Positions 11,840-21,926 of a DNA stretch of 64,000 nucleotides are shown one piece after another. Position 1 is the stretch's first letter. Each line of letters begins with the position of its first letter. The position numbers were made by a program, and so were the translations under genes. The notes below the pieces were generated by a model, which saw nothing but the letters and a program-made list of their open reading frames with translations, ran no database searches and was not told the DNA's origin. Source of the DNA: an uncultured Spirochaetota bacterium (lineage in GTDB: Bacteria > Spirochaetota > Spirochaetia > SZUA-6 > Fen-1364); the NCBI GenBank assembly GCA_963820525.1, contig CAWGAA010000003.1, positions 832,001 to 896,000 of the forward strand, written 5' to 3'.

Positions 11840-11938
11840 CTATAACAACGCGTACACGCTCCGCTCCCTTCGGTCGCTCCGGGCTTCGCCACATGCCTCG
11901 CTTCGCTCGGCACGTCGTGTACGCGCGGGACGTTATGG
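11840..11938 (+). repeat. attC site (A-type)
   Basis: CTATAAC...cgcgtacacg/cgtgtacgcg...GTTATGG. Confidence 0.9.
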
Positions 11939-11942
11939 GCAA

Positions 11943-11981
11943 TTGCGCCAGGAGTCTTTCCAGCATAATGCAATGTTATGG
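11943..11981 (+). promoter_or_regulatory. Cassette-internal promoter + attI-like site
   Basis: TTGCGC-N15-CATAAT; GCATAAT-GCAAT-GTTATGG. Confidence 0.6.
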
Positions 11982-12928
11982 CTCTAGAAATCCGGCACGG
12001 AAGCGCTGGGAAGGTGGACATGGTACCTCGGAAGTCGCACGATCGCGAAGTCTTCTACAAGTATCGATCGGTGGAAGGCGCCCTGGAAATCCTCGGCAAA
12101 CTTCACGTCTGTTGTACCTCGCCACGTTTGTTTAATGATCCCTTCGATACCCTTATTGAACTGCGCCTCGGCTTTGATCCCGCAATGGCTCCAAGGCTAA
12201 TGTGGGAGAGAATTCAACAGATCGACCAGGGTACCATCCAGTACGACTGTCCGGACACCACTCTACTCGGCTGGATGATAAATCAGCTCAAGGCGAACCC
12301 GGTCAAGGGGAGGCCTGCGATCCGATGGGAAGACGTCTCGCAGAACTTCAATCCCGCTGAGGCGAAAAGGGTAGCCGATAGCATTCTTCAAGACTCAAAC
12401 AAGATTTGGTTCGAGTTCATAGAAAACGAGCGCATATTCTGCATGTCGGAGGTCCCTGACGAAATACTCATGTGGTCCCATTACGCTGACCAACATCGGG
12501 GCGCGGTTGTGGAATTCAAATGCGTACCCACCCTTGATACGACGTTCAACGTGGCCTCAAGAGTGACATACTCTTCAGTGAAACCCACCTTTGGCACGTT
12601 TGAGGAATGGTTTGACCATGCGTCTGGACGTAAAGAAATAGATCCCATGGAAATGTCAAAAGTGTACTCGTTCACGAAGAGCCTACATTGGCAGTACGAA
12701 AGGGAATGGCGCTTTGCCCTCAAAAAGAAAGCAGCCAGTAGCGATCTTTTCGAATATCGAGACATCCTTCCCCAAGAGCTAAACGCTATTTACCTCGGTT
12801 GCAGAATGCCGGACGCGGACAAGGAGAGAATAATTGGGTTGGTCAAGAAGTTCCTTGCTCACATGCACGTATACCAAAGCCACCCGGATCAGACAGAGTA
12901 CAAGCTACAGTTTGAGAGAATCCTGTGA
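11978..12928 (+). CDS. DUF2971-family protein
   Basis: YKYR, FNDPFD, LMWSHYA..H.G, K...W.YE.EWR motifs. Confidence 0.85.
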   Translation: MALEIRHGSAGKVDMVPRKSHDREVFYKYRSVEGALEILGKLHVCCTSPRLFNDPFDTLIELRLGFDPAMAPRLMWERIQQIDQGTIQYDCPDTTLLGWMINQLKANPVKGRPAIRWEDVSQNFNPAEAKRVADSILQDSNKIWFEFIENERIFCMSEVPDEILMWSHYADQHRGAVVEFKCVPTLDTTFNVASRVTYSSVKPTFGTFEEWFDHASGRKEIDPMEMSKVYSFTKSLHWQYEREWRFALKKKAASSDLFEYRDILPQELNAIYLGCRMPDADKERIIGLVKKFLAHMHVYQSHPDQTEYKLQFERIL

Positions 12929-12942
12929 ATGCGTCAGAAACA

Positions 12943-13056
12943 TCGGTACATGTCGTTATAGCTAACCACGGTACTTGCGTATGAAACCTGAGCTTGAGCT
13001 CATGTGAACCGCGTTATGGTCCCCCAACGGCGCGGCAACTCAACTCTATGTTAGCA
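12943..13056 (+). repeat. attC (B-type, degenerate R'')
   Basis: ...atgtc-gttatag...caactcaactctat-GTTAGCA. Confidence 0.65.
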
Positions 13057-13079
13057 ATTCTTGACTCGGTTCCTGAGCA

Positions 13080-14171
13080 ATGGTAGCGTATTTTATGATG
13101 CGCCATGGTCACGATCGTGCCAAGAGTGAGGCCGGTATGAAAAGTGATACGATATCGCCTTTTGAAGCTTCCGAAATACTTATAATAACCTTCTCAACCG
13201 AGTACGGAAAGCTGCTCACGAAAGCCCTAATAGACCAAGCAAAGGTGATGGACTCGCTACAGCCTATTCAAGCTGAGAACTTTTTCTTCAGCCTCTTTTC
13301 CATCGATTCATACCTTAATGGTATAGAAACTGACCAAAGCCTCCGGGAAAAGTTGTTCAATGAATTGGTGGATAGCTATTATAGAGAGAATCACATTCCA
13401 AATCGAGAAACAATGGATCTACTAATCAATAACAGGCTCCAGCAGTACTCCAAAGCATTCAACTTGCCGCAGCCTTCAAATCTAAAGGAGATAATAGCGA
13501 TTCATGGACAGCTTATTGCCAAAGCATGTCTTTCCGGCTCCAATGACTTGTACGTTCACGGAGAATCACCAATTGAAGACGATCTGATGCTCATTGCACT
13601 CATTAACGGTATTGACACGATACTTATAGAAAAACTGTATTTAGGCCTTAGAATGTTGAAGGAAGTACTTTTAGTCAATTCTGCCCCGCAATCCACCGTT
13701 GCTGGTCGATCATTAAATGCACATTTTTGCCATGACAGCTTACCCTCTATCTTGTTCAAGAGCAAAGAAAGCGTCCTCGACGAGTTTCTTGCCTATCCGG
13801 AGCGTACTGTAACAAAATTGTGGCAGTTCTGTGCTGCGACCTTTAAGGTGCAGTTGGATAGTCCTGTTTACACTACAGTACATGATGCAAAGAACGCGAA
13901 AATTGTGTTCATCAACATGCCAAAGCCAAAGCAGCCTACTGATTGCTACTATTGCGCCATCGTCTTCCATTACGAAAAGCGGCTGTTGTCCACGAACATC
14001 CAAAAGATCGCTTACTATACCCTTGAGCATGGAATAGATATTATCAACAAACAGACGCTGTATTTCATGTGTCGCTGGGAAAATGAAGCAAAGCATGTAA
14101 ATCTTGGACAACAGGCCGATAATAACGCAAGCAGATTTCATCAAAGTGTTCGTCAGATGGAATCCCTGTAG
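13080..14171 (+). CDS. Hypothetical protein
   Basis: 363-aa ORF filling the inner cassette GTTAGCAATTC...GAATGGCTAAC. Confidence 0.75.
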   Translation: MVAYFMMRHGHDRAKSEAGMKSDTISPFEASEILIITFSTEYGKLLTKALIDQAKVMDSLQPIQAENFFFSLFSIDSYLNGIETDQSLREKLFNELVDSYYRENHIPNRETMDLLINNRLQQYSKAFNLPQPSNLKEIIAIHGQLIAKACLSGSNDLYVHGESPIEDDLMLIALINGIDTILIEKLYLGLRMLKEVLLVNSAPQSTVAGRSLNAHFCHDSLPSILFKSKESVLDEFLAYPERTVTKLWQFCAATFKVQLDSPVYTTVHDAKNAKIVFINMPKPKQPTDCYYCAIVFHYEKRLLSTNIQKIAYYTLEHGIDIINKQTLYFMCRWENEAKHVNLGQQADNNASRFHQSVRQMESL

Positions 14172-14268
14172 AAAGGATTATGGATAGACTGTGCTGTCGA
14201 GATTGTGATTGGCATCAATAAATGAATGGCTAACATGCGCTTGGAGCGGCGCCGGAAGGCGCAACAGC

Positions 14269-14407
14269 CCATAACAGAGCGTACATGCTTCGCCGCCCTT
14301 GCGGGCGGCTCGGGCTCCGCGGCGCTGCGCCGCTCCGCTCCGCTCCGCCACATAGCCCTCGGCCTTGTTGGCCTCGGGCCACGTCGTGTACGCTCGGGAC
14401 GTTATGT
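14269..14407 (+). repeat. attC site (A-type)
   Basis: CCATAAC...gagcgtaca/tgtacgctc...GTTATGT. Confidence 0.9.
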
Positions 14408-14491
14408 GCCATTGTGCCATATAGCATTTTCTCGATTTCTACTGGCTGTTGAAACTAGTCACAGAGTAGAGTACATTGCGACCTAAGGTGC

Positions 14492-15154
14492 ATGTTCATG
14501 AATTATGAAGTAATTCTGTTAGAAGAATACAAAGTTTGCCAACAAGCCCTGCAGGAAAAAGATAAATCCATTTGGCAAAGTTTTGGCATCCTCGGCGCAG
14601 GTACACTCGGTTCATTCGCCCTCATTGCTCGAGAGACAACACCTGCAGCTCTCGGTGTCTTTATAATTGGTCTCGTGTCGTCATCCGCCTCATGGATTTG
14701 GTGGGTTATCGCCAGCCGGTGGTGGCAACTCCAACACACCGATCTTCTACGAATGCGACACATTGAGAAGGAGCTGGCACCGAAATATAGCAGCCCTTTG
14801 CGTATTCACTATTCGGTCATTCGTGATGGCGGAGCATTACCTGCCCTCTCTTCGGTACCTTCCAAGCATTGGGATTTTATTCCTCTGCACCAGCAACGGT
14901 GGTTCGGCGTTCAGAACGCGATGATCTTTTATCCACTAATTGTAACTATCGCTTGGGCTACCTATACAATCAGTACAGTTTTGGGAGGAGACGTCATGTC
15001 GAACTGGATCATTACTGCACTTGTGGGCATTACCGGGATAGCCATTGGTTTATTGTCGGGGATCTTTATAAGGGCGAAGACATTAGGGACTCAACTTGAT
15101 CAGATCCGCGCACTGTGCAAGGAGATTTCTGAAAGCGTTCAGAAGAAACATTGA
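14492..15154 (+). CDS. Hypothetical membrane protein (about 4 TM segments)
   Basis: Hydrophobic hairpins; single ORF in the cassette. Confidence 0.7.
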   Translation: MFMNYEVILLEEYKVCQQALQEKDKSIWQSFGILGAGTLGSFALIARETTPAALGVFIIGLVSSSASWIWWVIASRWWQLQHTDLLRMRHIEKELAPKYSSPLRIHYSVIRDGGALPALSSVPSKHWDFIPLHQQRWFGVQNAMIFYPLIVTIAWATYTISTVLGGDVMSNWIITALVGITGIAIGLLSGIFIRAKTLGTQLDQIRALCKEISESVQKKH

Positions 15155-15226
15155 TAATGAAATATCGCAAAGTACTATCATTTGATACATTCAATAAATG
15201 AATCCTCGGAAAGTAGGCACAACGGC

Positions 15227-15362
15227 ACATAACCGCCCGTAATGTGCATCGGCGCCCTACGGGCGCCTCGGGCTACGCGGCGCTACGGCGCGCCGCTCCG
15301 CCACATGGCCCCTCGGCCCTGTTGGCCTCGGGGCCACGTCACATACGGGCATCCCGTTAGCC
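15227..15362 (+). repeat. attC site (A-type)
   Basis: ACATAAC...GTTAGCC. Confidence 0.88.
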
Positions 15363-15582
15363 GAGATTGCGCGGAAGAAAGCTATGGCTTGGAAGATAAA
15401 TATTTTTGTAGGAAAGATGGGTGTTCGATATTCCTTGACCGCGCAACCTCGGCTAACAGCGTATTTGTGCTTCGCGCGCCAGTAGGCGCGCTCGGGGCTT
15501 CGCCCACATGCTCGCCGGCGCGTGTTATAATAGTGAAGGATTTGTAGTCGCGCTGGCTCGCACGTCGCAAATACGCGAACCG
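15357..15582 (+). other. Empty (ORF-less) cassette, 102-bp body plus attC
   Basis: GTTAGCCGAGATTGCGCGG...CCGCGCAACCTCGGCTAAC. Confidence 0.8.
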
Positions 15583-15588
15583 TTAGGC
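15451..15588 (+). repeat. attC site (A-type)
   Basis: GGCTAAC...gcgtatttg/caaatacgc...GTTAGGC. Confidence 0.88.
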
Positions 15589-15619
15589 GCCATATCTGCC
15601 CAGAGCGAAAAGGTAGTAC

Positions 15620-16648
15620 GTGAATGATATGACAACAGTTAATGTTAATGATTTCAACCAAGAAAAAGAATGCATCTATAAAGGAGAACGCTATTCCGTT
15701 CGGGACAATGGAGCGGTATTTCGACATCAACGAAACGGAAAGCGTAAGCGCCCCAATGATAATCAATGGACATTTGGAAAGGAAAAAATTGAAAATCCCT
15801 ATTTGCTTATCTCGAATATTCGCGTTCATAGAATTGTGGCCACAGCTTTTCACGGAGAGCCACCTGACCCTAAATATGTTGTAGATCATATTGATTCAAA
15901 TTGTAGGAATAATCGACCTGAGAATCTGAGATGGCTCACCCGCTTAGAAAATGCACTTAAAAATCCAGCGACTCGAAAAAAGATTGAATATCTATGTGGC
16001 AGCGTTGAAGCATTTCTTGAAAATCCTTCGATGTTAAATGATCTTCAAAGTGATCCCAACTTCACATGGATGCGAACAGTCACGCCAGAAGAAGCACAAA
16101 ACTGTATGAGGCGTATGTCTCTTTGGGCAAACACTAATAAAAAATCTACAAAATCAACCAGTATGATCAATTACAAAAGTTCTTTTGGCAAAAGAGCGCT
16201 AAAACCACTTCAAAAGTGGGAAGCTGGTCTAGCTGGAGAGCCGGGATTAGATTTTGCTTTAACGCCATGCTGTGGACAATATATGTGGGGGGCAGATGCT
16301 TATTTCCCTTGTTGTCCACAAAATTTTGGAGATGATCCTCTTGATGATTACTTTCAAAATCTTAAGGTTGGTGCTGTGTTTGCTTATAATGATGATGATA
16401 TTTTTCCAAAACTTACAGTATTTAAATCTGTAATCCTTAAAAGCAAATCATCAATTATAGTGATGTGCGAAAGATCAGATTGTAATTGGTCAATTGTTGG
16501 AATTATGCTTAATGAGAAATCACATTTTATTCATTTCTATCTCGGATCATACTCTAATAAAAGGGAAGCCGACAATGCATTTTCCATCAAAAAAGGTTTA
16601 AATGACTTTTGGTCAGATGGATATGCTAAATCCTGGGATCTTAACTGA
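15620..16648 (+). CDS. HNH endonuclease domain protein
   Basis: VHRIVATAF...VDHIDSNCRNNRPENLRW. Confidence 0.88.
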   Translation: MNDMTTVNVNDFNQEKECIYKGERYSVRDNGAVFRHQRNGKRKRPNDNQWTFGKEKIENPYLLISNIRVHRIVATAFHGEPPDPKYVVDHIDSNCRNNRPENLRWLTRLENALKNPATRKKIEYLCGSVEAFLENPSMLNDLQSDPNFTWMRTVTPEEAQNCMRRMSLWANTNKKSTKSTSMINYKSSFGKRALKPLQKWEAGLAGEPGLDFALTPCCGQYMWGADAYFPCCPQNFGDDPLDDYFQNLKVGAVFAYNDDDIFPKLTVFKSVILKSKSSIIVMCERSDCNWSIVGIMLNEKSHFIHFYLGSYSNKREADNAFSIKKGLNDFWSDGYAKSWDLN

Positions 16649-16667
16649 TTTCTCTCGCAGATACGGC

Positions 16668-16805
16668 GCCTAACAGCGTATTTGCGCTTCGCGCGCCAGG
16701 AGGCGCGCTTGGGGCTTCGCCCACATGCTCGCCGACGCGAGTATATACAGGGAAGGATTTGTAGTCGCGCCGGCTCGCGCGTCGCAAATACGCTAACCGT
16801 TAAAT
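16668..16805 (+). repeat. attC site (A-type)
   Basis: GCCTAAC...GTTAAAT; near-copy of 15451 and 17113. Confidence 0.88.
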
Positions 16806-17243
16806 GACAGCGCAAATAAAGTGAAAAGTGAAAGCTTCTTAATATTCTGGTTCTGTGAATCCGCCTGAAGCCTAAGGGTGCTTCGATATCTTTCTTTGCT
16901 TTTTCTATCACATCTGCGGCCTGCTCTTCTTTGAGGGTAGTTCTCCTTCGGCGGGGCGAACGATTATTAATTGTCCTGATGATCATGTTTGTGAGATCGC
17001 AGGCCGCAGAATCGCCATAATATTCCAGCGTATGTGCCTCTTCCATACCCGCTCTTGAGAGCGAATGGTTGTTCGTTGTTGACTGGTAGAGTATTATCAT
17101 GAAGGCGCCGTCATTTAACAGCGTATTTACGCTTCGCACGCCAGTAGGCGTGCTCGGGGCTTCGCCCACATGCTCGCCGGCGCGAGTATAAATATGAATG
17201 GGTTTGACGTCGCGCCGGCTCGCACGTCGAAAATACGCGACCG
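16800..17243 (+). other. ORF-less cassette B (homologous to 5051-5490)
   Basis: Shares ends and internal blocks with cassette A. Confidence 0.8.
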
Positions 17244-17249
17244 TTATAT
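17113..17249 (+). repeat. attC site (A-type)
   Basis: ATTTAAC...GTTATAT. Confidence 0.88.
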
Positions 17250-17390
17250 GCCATAGCCAGCCCAACCAGCTGGTGTGCCCGCCCTCCATGGCGGGCGCTA
17301 TAAAAAGATTCTTACTATAGATTATTATAAAGTATATTTTTGCAAAATGGTAGCTTATCGGCTATAATTTATAAATGGAAAGGAAAGAAT

Positions 17391-18857
17391 ATGCTTAAAG
17401 AAGCATATACCCTAGAGCATATTTTTCTAAAGGGATTGCTTCTAGCGACTGTCGGATTATGGCTTTCGAACTGTCCGATGCCTACACCTCCCACCTCTAC
17501 AAATCATATTCCTGTAATAACATCCAGCCCAGTCACACAGGTTGATGAAGGAAACTCTTATAATTATGATGTTAATGCAATAGACAGTGATGGGGATAAT
17601 CTGACATATTCTTTGACCCAAGCTCCTGCATGGCTGTCTATGAATTCAAATACAGGAATGATTTCAGGAACAGCCCCTGAAGTTAGTTCAGATGAATATC
17701 ATAATATTTCAGTTAAAGTTTCAGATGGGATAAGTTTTGACACACAGAATTACACACTAACTGTAAAAGATGTTCCCCCTCCCCCTCCTCCTGATTATCT
17801 GGATATTTCCGGAAGAATGGAAGACTGCGAAACAAATACAGGAAGACATGGAATTATTAGAGTTTATGATGATAGAATAAATACAGAATCAAGAGCGTAT
17901 TTTGGTCCTGTTTGGGAATATAGCAACTTATTGGGAGAATTTGAAACTGATTCAAACGGGAATTTTTCTTTTACATTGAACAAATTAGTTGATGCTAATG
18001 ATAAAATATATCTTAGGGCAGTAATTGGAGCAAATTGGAGCGGAAAAGAAAGTTACATTAGGACTGTTGAATTAGATGCTACAGACAACAATCCAATTAC
18101 AGATACGAGAGCAAATCCTGCAATTAAACCTGTAATGTTTGATAATCCTAATAGTTCTTATGATGATGGGTTGTTAGATACAGAACAGAAAAAAATTGAT
18201 TTTAGAGAACACATGGGAAGAATAAATGTTTGGTCTGCAGATGAAAGATATTATAAAGATTTTTTAAATGGACAATTATTGGCTGATGGTATGAATGGAA
18301 ATCCTTATCATGGACTCAAAAAAATGAGTTTCAATAGAGGATTGCCTGAAGATTTTAAAGGAATAGAAGTGTCTTCTGATGATTATACTAACGAAGAATA
18401 TAATACTATCAAAAATATAATCCTAAATTGTGGTTATATTAGAGCACAAGAAATATCAGATAAAACAATATGGGGAAATAATCATCAAGATGGTGATTCA
18501 GGCTGGGGCTCTGTAGTTAAATCTGCATTAGGAGACGGGCCATATGCAATTTTATATGATGGTTATCAAAATGGGTATCTTGATATTTTTGGAATTCATT
18601 TGAATACACTTGCTCCTGAAATAGTAATTCATGAAATAGTTTATCATGGGCTTTTAAGTTGTGTCGGACATTCAAATGGAAGACATGGAAATGGCTCAGA
18701 AATTCCTGAATTATTCTCTTCTGTAGGAGTATATACAGGTCCACATCCTTCTCCACCTGATAAAATAACTACTGTTGATATCAAAGCAAATTACCTTATA
18801 GATGAAGATACTTACATGGGAATGGACACATTGGATGATATTTTGGGAATGAATTAA
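17391..18857 (+). CDS. Putative lipoprotein with Ig/cadherin-like (He_PIG-type) domain
   Basis: Signal ending LWLSNC; NHIPVITS...DSDGDNLTYSL...PAWLS...TGMISGT repeat; late HEIVYH motif; AT-rich. Confidence 0.75.
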   Translation: MLKEAYTLEHIFLKGLLLATVGLWLSNCPMPTPPTSTNHIPVITSSPVTQVDEGNSYNYDVNAIDSDGDNLTYSLTQAPAWLSMNSNTGMISGTAPEVSSDEYHNISVKVSDGISFDTQNYTLTVKDVPPPPPPDYLDISGRMEDCETNTGRHGIIRVYDDRINTESRAYFGPVWEYSNLLGEFETDSNGNFSFTLNKLVDANDKIYLRAVIGANWSGKESYIRTVELDATDNNPITDTRANPAIKPVMFDNPNSSYDDGLLDTEQKKIDFREHMGRINVWSADERYYKDFLNGQLLADGMNGNPYHGLKKMSFNRGLPEDFKGIEVSSDDYTNEEYNTIKNIILNCGYIRAQEISDKTIWGNNHQDGDSGWGSVVKSALGDGPYAILYDGYQNGYLDIFGIHLNTLAPEIVIHEIVYHGLLSCVGHSNGRHGNGSEIPELFSSVGVYTGPHPSPPDKITTVDIKANYLIDEDTYMGMDTLDDILGMN

Positions 18858-19008
18858 ATTTTGCAGTATATCTGTATGAAATATCTTTTGCTTTTTTAAA
18901 ATTAATATTTTATAGGAGAGAAACATTATAAACTTTAATAGAGAATCAGTACCTAAATGGATAGCTTGTGCATGTGTTTGTTTTGTTGGAGGAATATCAT
19001 TTTTATTC

Positions 19009-19221
19009 ATGAAAGACAAATATGGCGATCCAAAATTTGATGAATTCTTAAGTCTTATCAGCTTTATGCTATCTGCAATTTTTTTTCTTTTTGGTATTAT
19101 TAGCGGTATTTTTGGTGAAGATAATGGCAGAACACGATCAAATATCCTGTTAATGATTATTGAAATCATTGGACTTATTTCTAGCATCATTACAATCATA
19201 AATTTCTTAAAAGGAATGTAA
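19009..19221 (+). CDS. Small 2-TM hypothetical protein
   Basis: GGAGGA upstream, two hydrophobic stretches. Confidence 0.45.
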   Translation: MKDKYGDPKFDEFLSLISFMLSAIFFLFGIISGIFGEDNGRTRSNILLMIIEIIGLISSIITIINFLKGM

Positions 19222-19339
19222 GATAGAAAATACTTATTATAATTTTAGGTGTTAATTAAAATATACAAAAAAAGCATAATTTAATATCGCCTCAGCCGTC
19301 CATGGCTTCGGCGGAATTTTAAAAGGGGCTGGCTACGGC

Positions 19340-19429
19340 ATATAACAGCCGGTTGCCGGCGTCGCTACGCTCCGCTCAAATCGCGCTCCCGTTGGTCGCG
19401 CGACTTCGGCAACCGGCGGGACGTTATGC
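19340..19429 (+). repeat. attC site
   Basis: ATATAAC-a-gccggttgccg...cggcaaccggc-gggac-GTTATGC. Confidence 0.9.
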
Positions 19430-19433
19430 GCCA

Positions 19434-19473
19434 TTGCACCAAGAGGTATTTACTACATAGTATATTGTTATGC
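19434..19473 (+). promoter_or_regulatory. Cassette-internal promoter + attI-like site
   Basis: TTGCAC-N16-CATAGT; ACATAGT-ATATT-GTTATGC; GTTATGCGCGCC pairs with GGCATGCATAAC ending at 23611. Confidence 0.6.
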
Positions 19474-20787
19474 GCGCCTTTGCATCGATAGAACATGCAA
19501 ACGCGGCCATTGCCGTGCCGATGAAATTGCGAGCGCAGATTACGGGAGGCAATCGGCTTTAATAGCGCCGTTCGCCATGCTATGATCGTCGACAATAGGA
19601 AGATTGCAGTGGATCACGACAATGCGGGATCTAATCCAATTATCAGTCTGTCAAGCCATTTTCACGATAATATCGCCCAATACGAGGCAGACGGATATGA
19701 TGAAGCGAACGTGCGCGTTGACTTCATTGACAAAATGTTCGAACTCCTGGACTGGGACGTTCGAAACGACACCAATGCAAGCGAACGCTTTCGCGACGTT
19801 GTTCGAGAAGACAAGATTGAGATTGGCGGAAGAGAGAAGGCACCTGATTATAGCTTCAGAATTGGAGGGCAGAGGGTATTCTTTGTCGAAGCCAAAAAGC
19901 CGCACATTCGGATAGGAAGTGACCTTGGAGCCGCCTACCAGCTAAGAAGGTATGGCTACTCTGCGAAGCTTCCAGTTTCTATCCTAACCAACTTCAAGGA
20001 ATTCGCAGTATATGATACCCGGATTAAGCCGAACCACGGAGACGAGAGCGCCGTTGCAAGGCTCTTCTATTGCACATATGAGGACTATCCAGAACAGTTT
20101 CCGTTTCTCTATAGCACCTTTTCTAAGCCTTCCGTGATTAAAGGGGACCTCGACCGCTACGTCATAGACAATCGCACCAAGAAGGGTACTGCTGAAGTTG
20201 ACGAGGATTTTCTTTCATTGCTCTCGGGCTGGCGTAAAATCCTGGCAAAGCGAATTTCATCGCAGAACCCAGACATTGACGTCTTCCAGCTCAACCATGC
20301 AATCCAAGTACTTATTGACCGTATGGTCTTCCTTCGTATTGCAGAAGCTCACGACCTTGAAGAATACGCAACTCTCCAAAAAGCCGTCGAAAAAGCGAAC
20401 GGCTATTGGAATCTGAAAGGCGTGTTCGCCCTAGCCGATCAAAAGTACAATTCAGGGTTGTTTGCAGTGGATGATTTCCTTAATTCGCTAAAGATCGAGG
20501 ACAATGTTTTTCGGGACATAGTACAGGACCTCTATTATCCCAAGTGCCCGTATGAGTTCAGTGTTCTGCCTATAGAGATACTTGGTAAAGCATACGAGCA
20601 GTTTCTCGGACAAATCATTCGGCTAACTCCCTCACATCAAGTGAAGATTGAAGAAAAGCCCGAGGTGCGGAAAGCTGGCGGGGTCTTCTACACCCCAGAG
20701 TACATTGTGAGATATATCGTCCAATACACCCTGGGAGAGAAATTGAAGAAGGCATCGCCACAGGACGTGCCCGCTCTTTCCGTCCTA

Positions 20788-21926
20788 GTGTAGTGCGTCT
20801 CACGCTTCTTTACATTTGGCGATTTTGGCGAGGATGCGCTCAACCGGGGCACTCCAGACGAAGGCTTGCGGGTTTTGATTGTGATTCTCAAGGTACTGCT
20901 TAATAGCCGCAATCAGAGTCTGGACGTTGGGGAAAGTCCCACGACGAATTCTTTTATCGGTTATCTCACGAAACCAGCGTTCGACCATATTCAACCACGA
21001 ACTAGACGTCGGGATGAAATGCAGATGGTAGCGGGGGTGGCGTTGAATCCATGCTTTCACCCGAGCATGTTTGTGAGTCCCGTAGTTGTCCACGATCAGG
21101 TGAAGCTCCAATTCTGGTGGTGTCTCGACATCGATTTTTTTCAGAAACCGGATGAACTCCTGATGCCGATGCCGTGGCATGCAATCACCGATGACCCGTC
21201 CATCCAGCATGCTCAGAGCGGCGAACAACGTTGTCGTGCCGTTGCGTTTATAGTCGTGCGACTGACGAGCTGGAACACCCGGCCGCATGGGCAACAGCGG
21301 CTGGGTTCGGTCGAGCGCTTGAATCTGGCTCTTTTCATCCACACATAATACAAGAGCCTTATCCGGTGGATTCAGATACAGTCCGACTACGTCCTTCAGC
21401 TTCTCCACGAAGTTTTTATCACGACTGAGTTTGAACGTTTCCACCAGATGGGGTTTGAGATTGTGTTGTTTCCAGATGCGGCGAATACTGGCTTCGGAGA
21501 GTTTCTGTGCTCTGGCCATGCTCCGCGTACTCCAATGGGTGGCGTTTGCGGGAGTACTGTGCAAGGTTGCCTCTACCACTTTCTTGATTTTTCCTGCTGA
21601 GATGCGGGGATTTCTTCCCGGCCGGGGCGCGTCCTTCAGCAAACCCTCCACGCGCAGGGCGAGAAATCGCTGACGCCAAAGCTGAACCGTGGGACGTGAC
21701 ACGTGCAAAGCCCTGGCGATGTCCTGACTGTCTTGGCCATCAGCCGCTCGTGTGATGATCTGTGCGCGAATCACCTGCCGGTGAGGGAGACTTCTACTGT
21801 GTTTCCACGTGTCCAGCGTCCCGCGCTCGGCTTCGCAGAGTATAATCGCTTGGGCTTTCCTGCTCATTTCAAGGGTAGTATACAAGGAAGCGAGACATAT
21901 GTCAATAGATTTGTGACGCACTACAC
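20788..21926 (-). mobile_element. IS630-family insertion sequence
   Basis: IRs gtgtagtgcgtc/gacgcactacac; TA duplication at a CTAG target. Confidence 0.92.
20800..21921 (-). CDS. IS630-family transposase
   Basis: HTH region plus VDEKSQIQAL...VDNYGTH...SSWLNMVE DDE motifs. Confidence 0.93.
   Translation of the reverse strand: MRHKSIDICLASLYTTLEMSRKAQAIILCEAERGTLDTWKHSRSLPHRQVIRAQIITRAADGQDSQDIARALHVSRPTVQLWRQRFLALRVEGLLKDAPRPGRNPRISAGKIKKVVEATLHSTPANATHWSTRSMARAQKLSEASIRRIWKQHNLKPHLVETFKLSRDKNFVEKLKDVVGLYLNPPDKALVLCVDEKSQIQALDRTQPLLPMRPGVPARQSHDYKRNGTTTLFAALSMLDGRVIGDCMPRHRHQEFIRFLKKIDVETPPELELHLIVDNYGTHKHARVKAWIQRHPRYHLHFIPTSSSWLNMVERWFREITDKRIRRGTFPNVQTLIAAIKQYLENHNQNPQAFVWSAPVERILAKIAKCKEA

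Noticed and set aside
16537..17289. 250-aa minus-strand ORF across non-coding cassette B
   Set aside because: It runs through two attC sites, and the homologous cassette A has stops and a frame change
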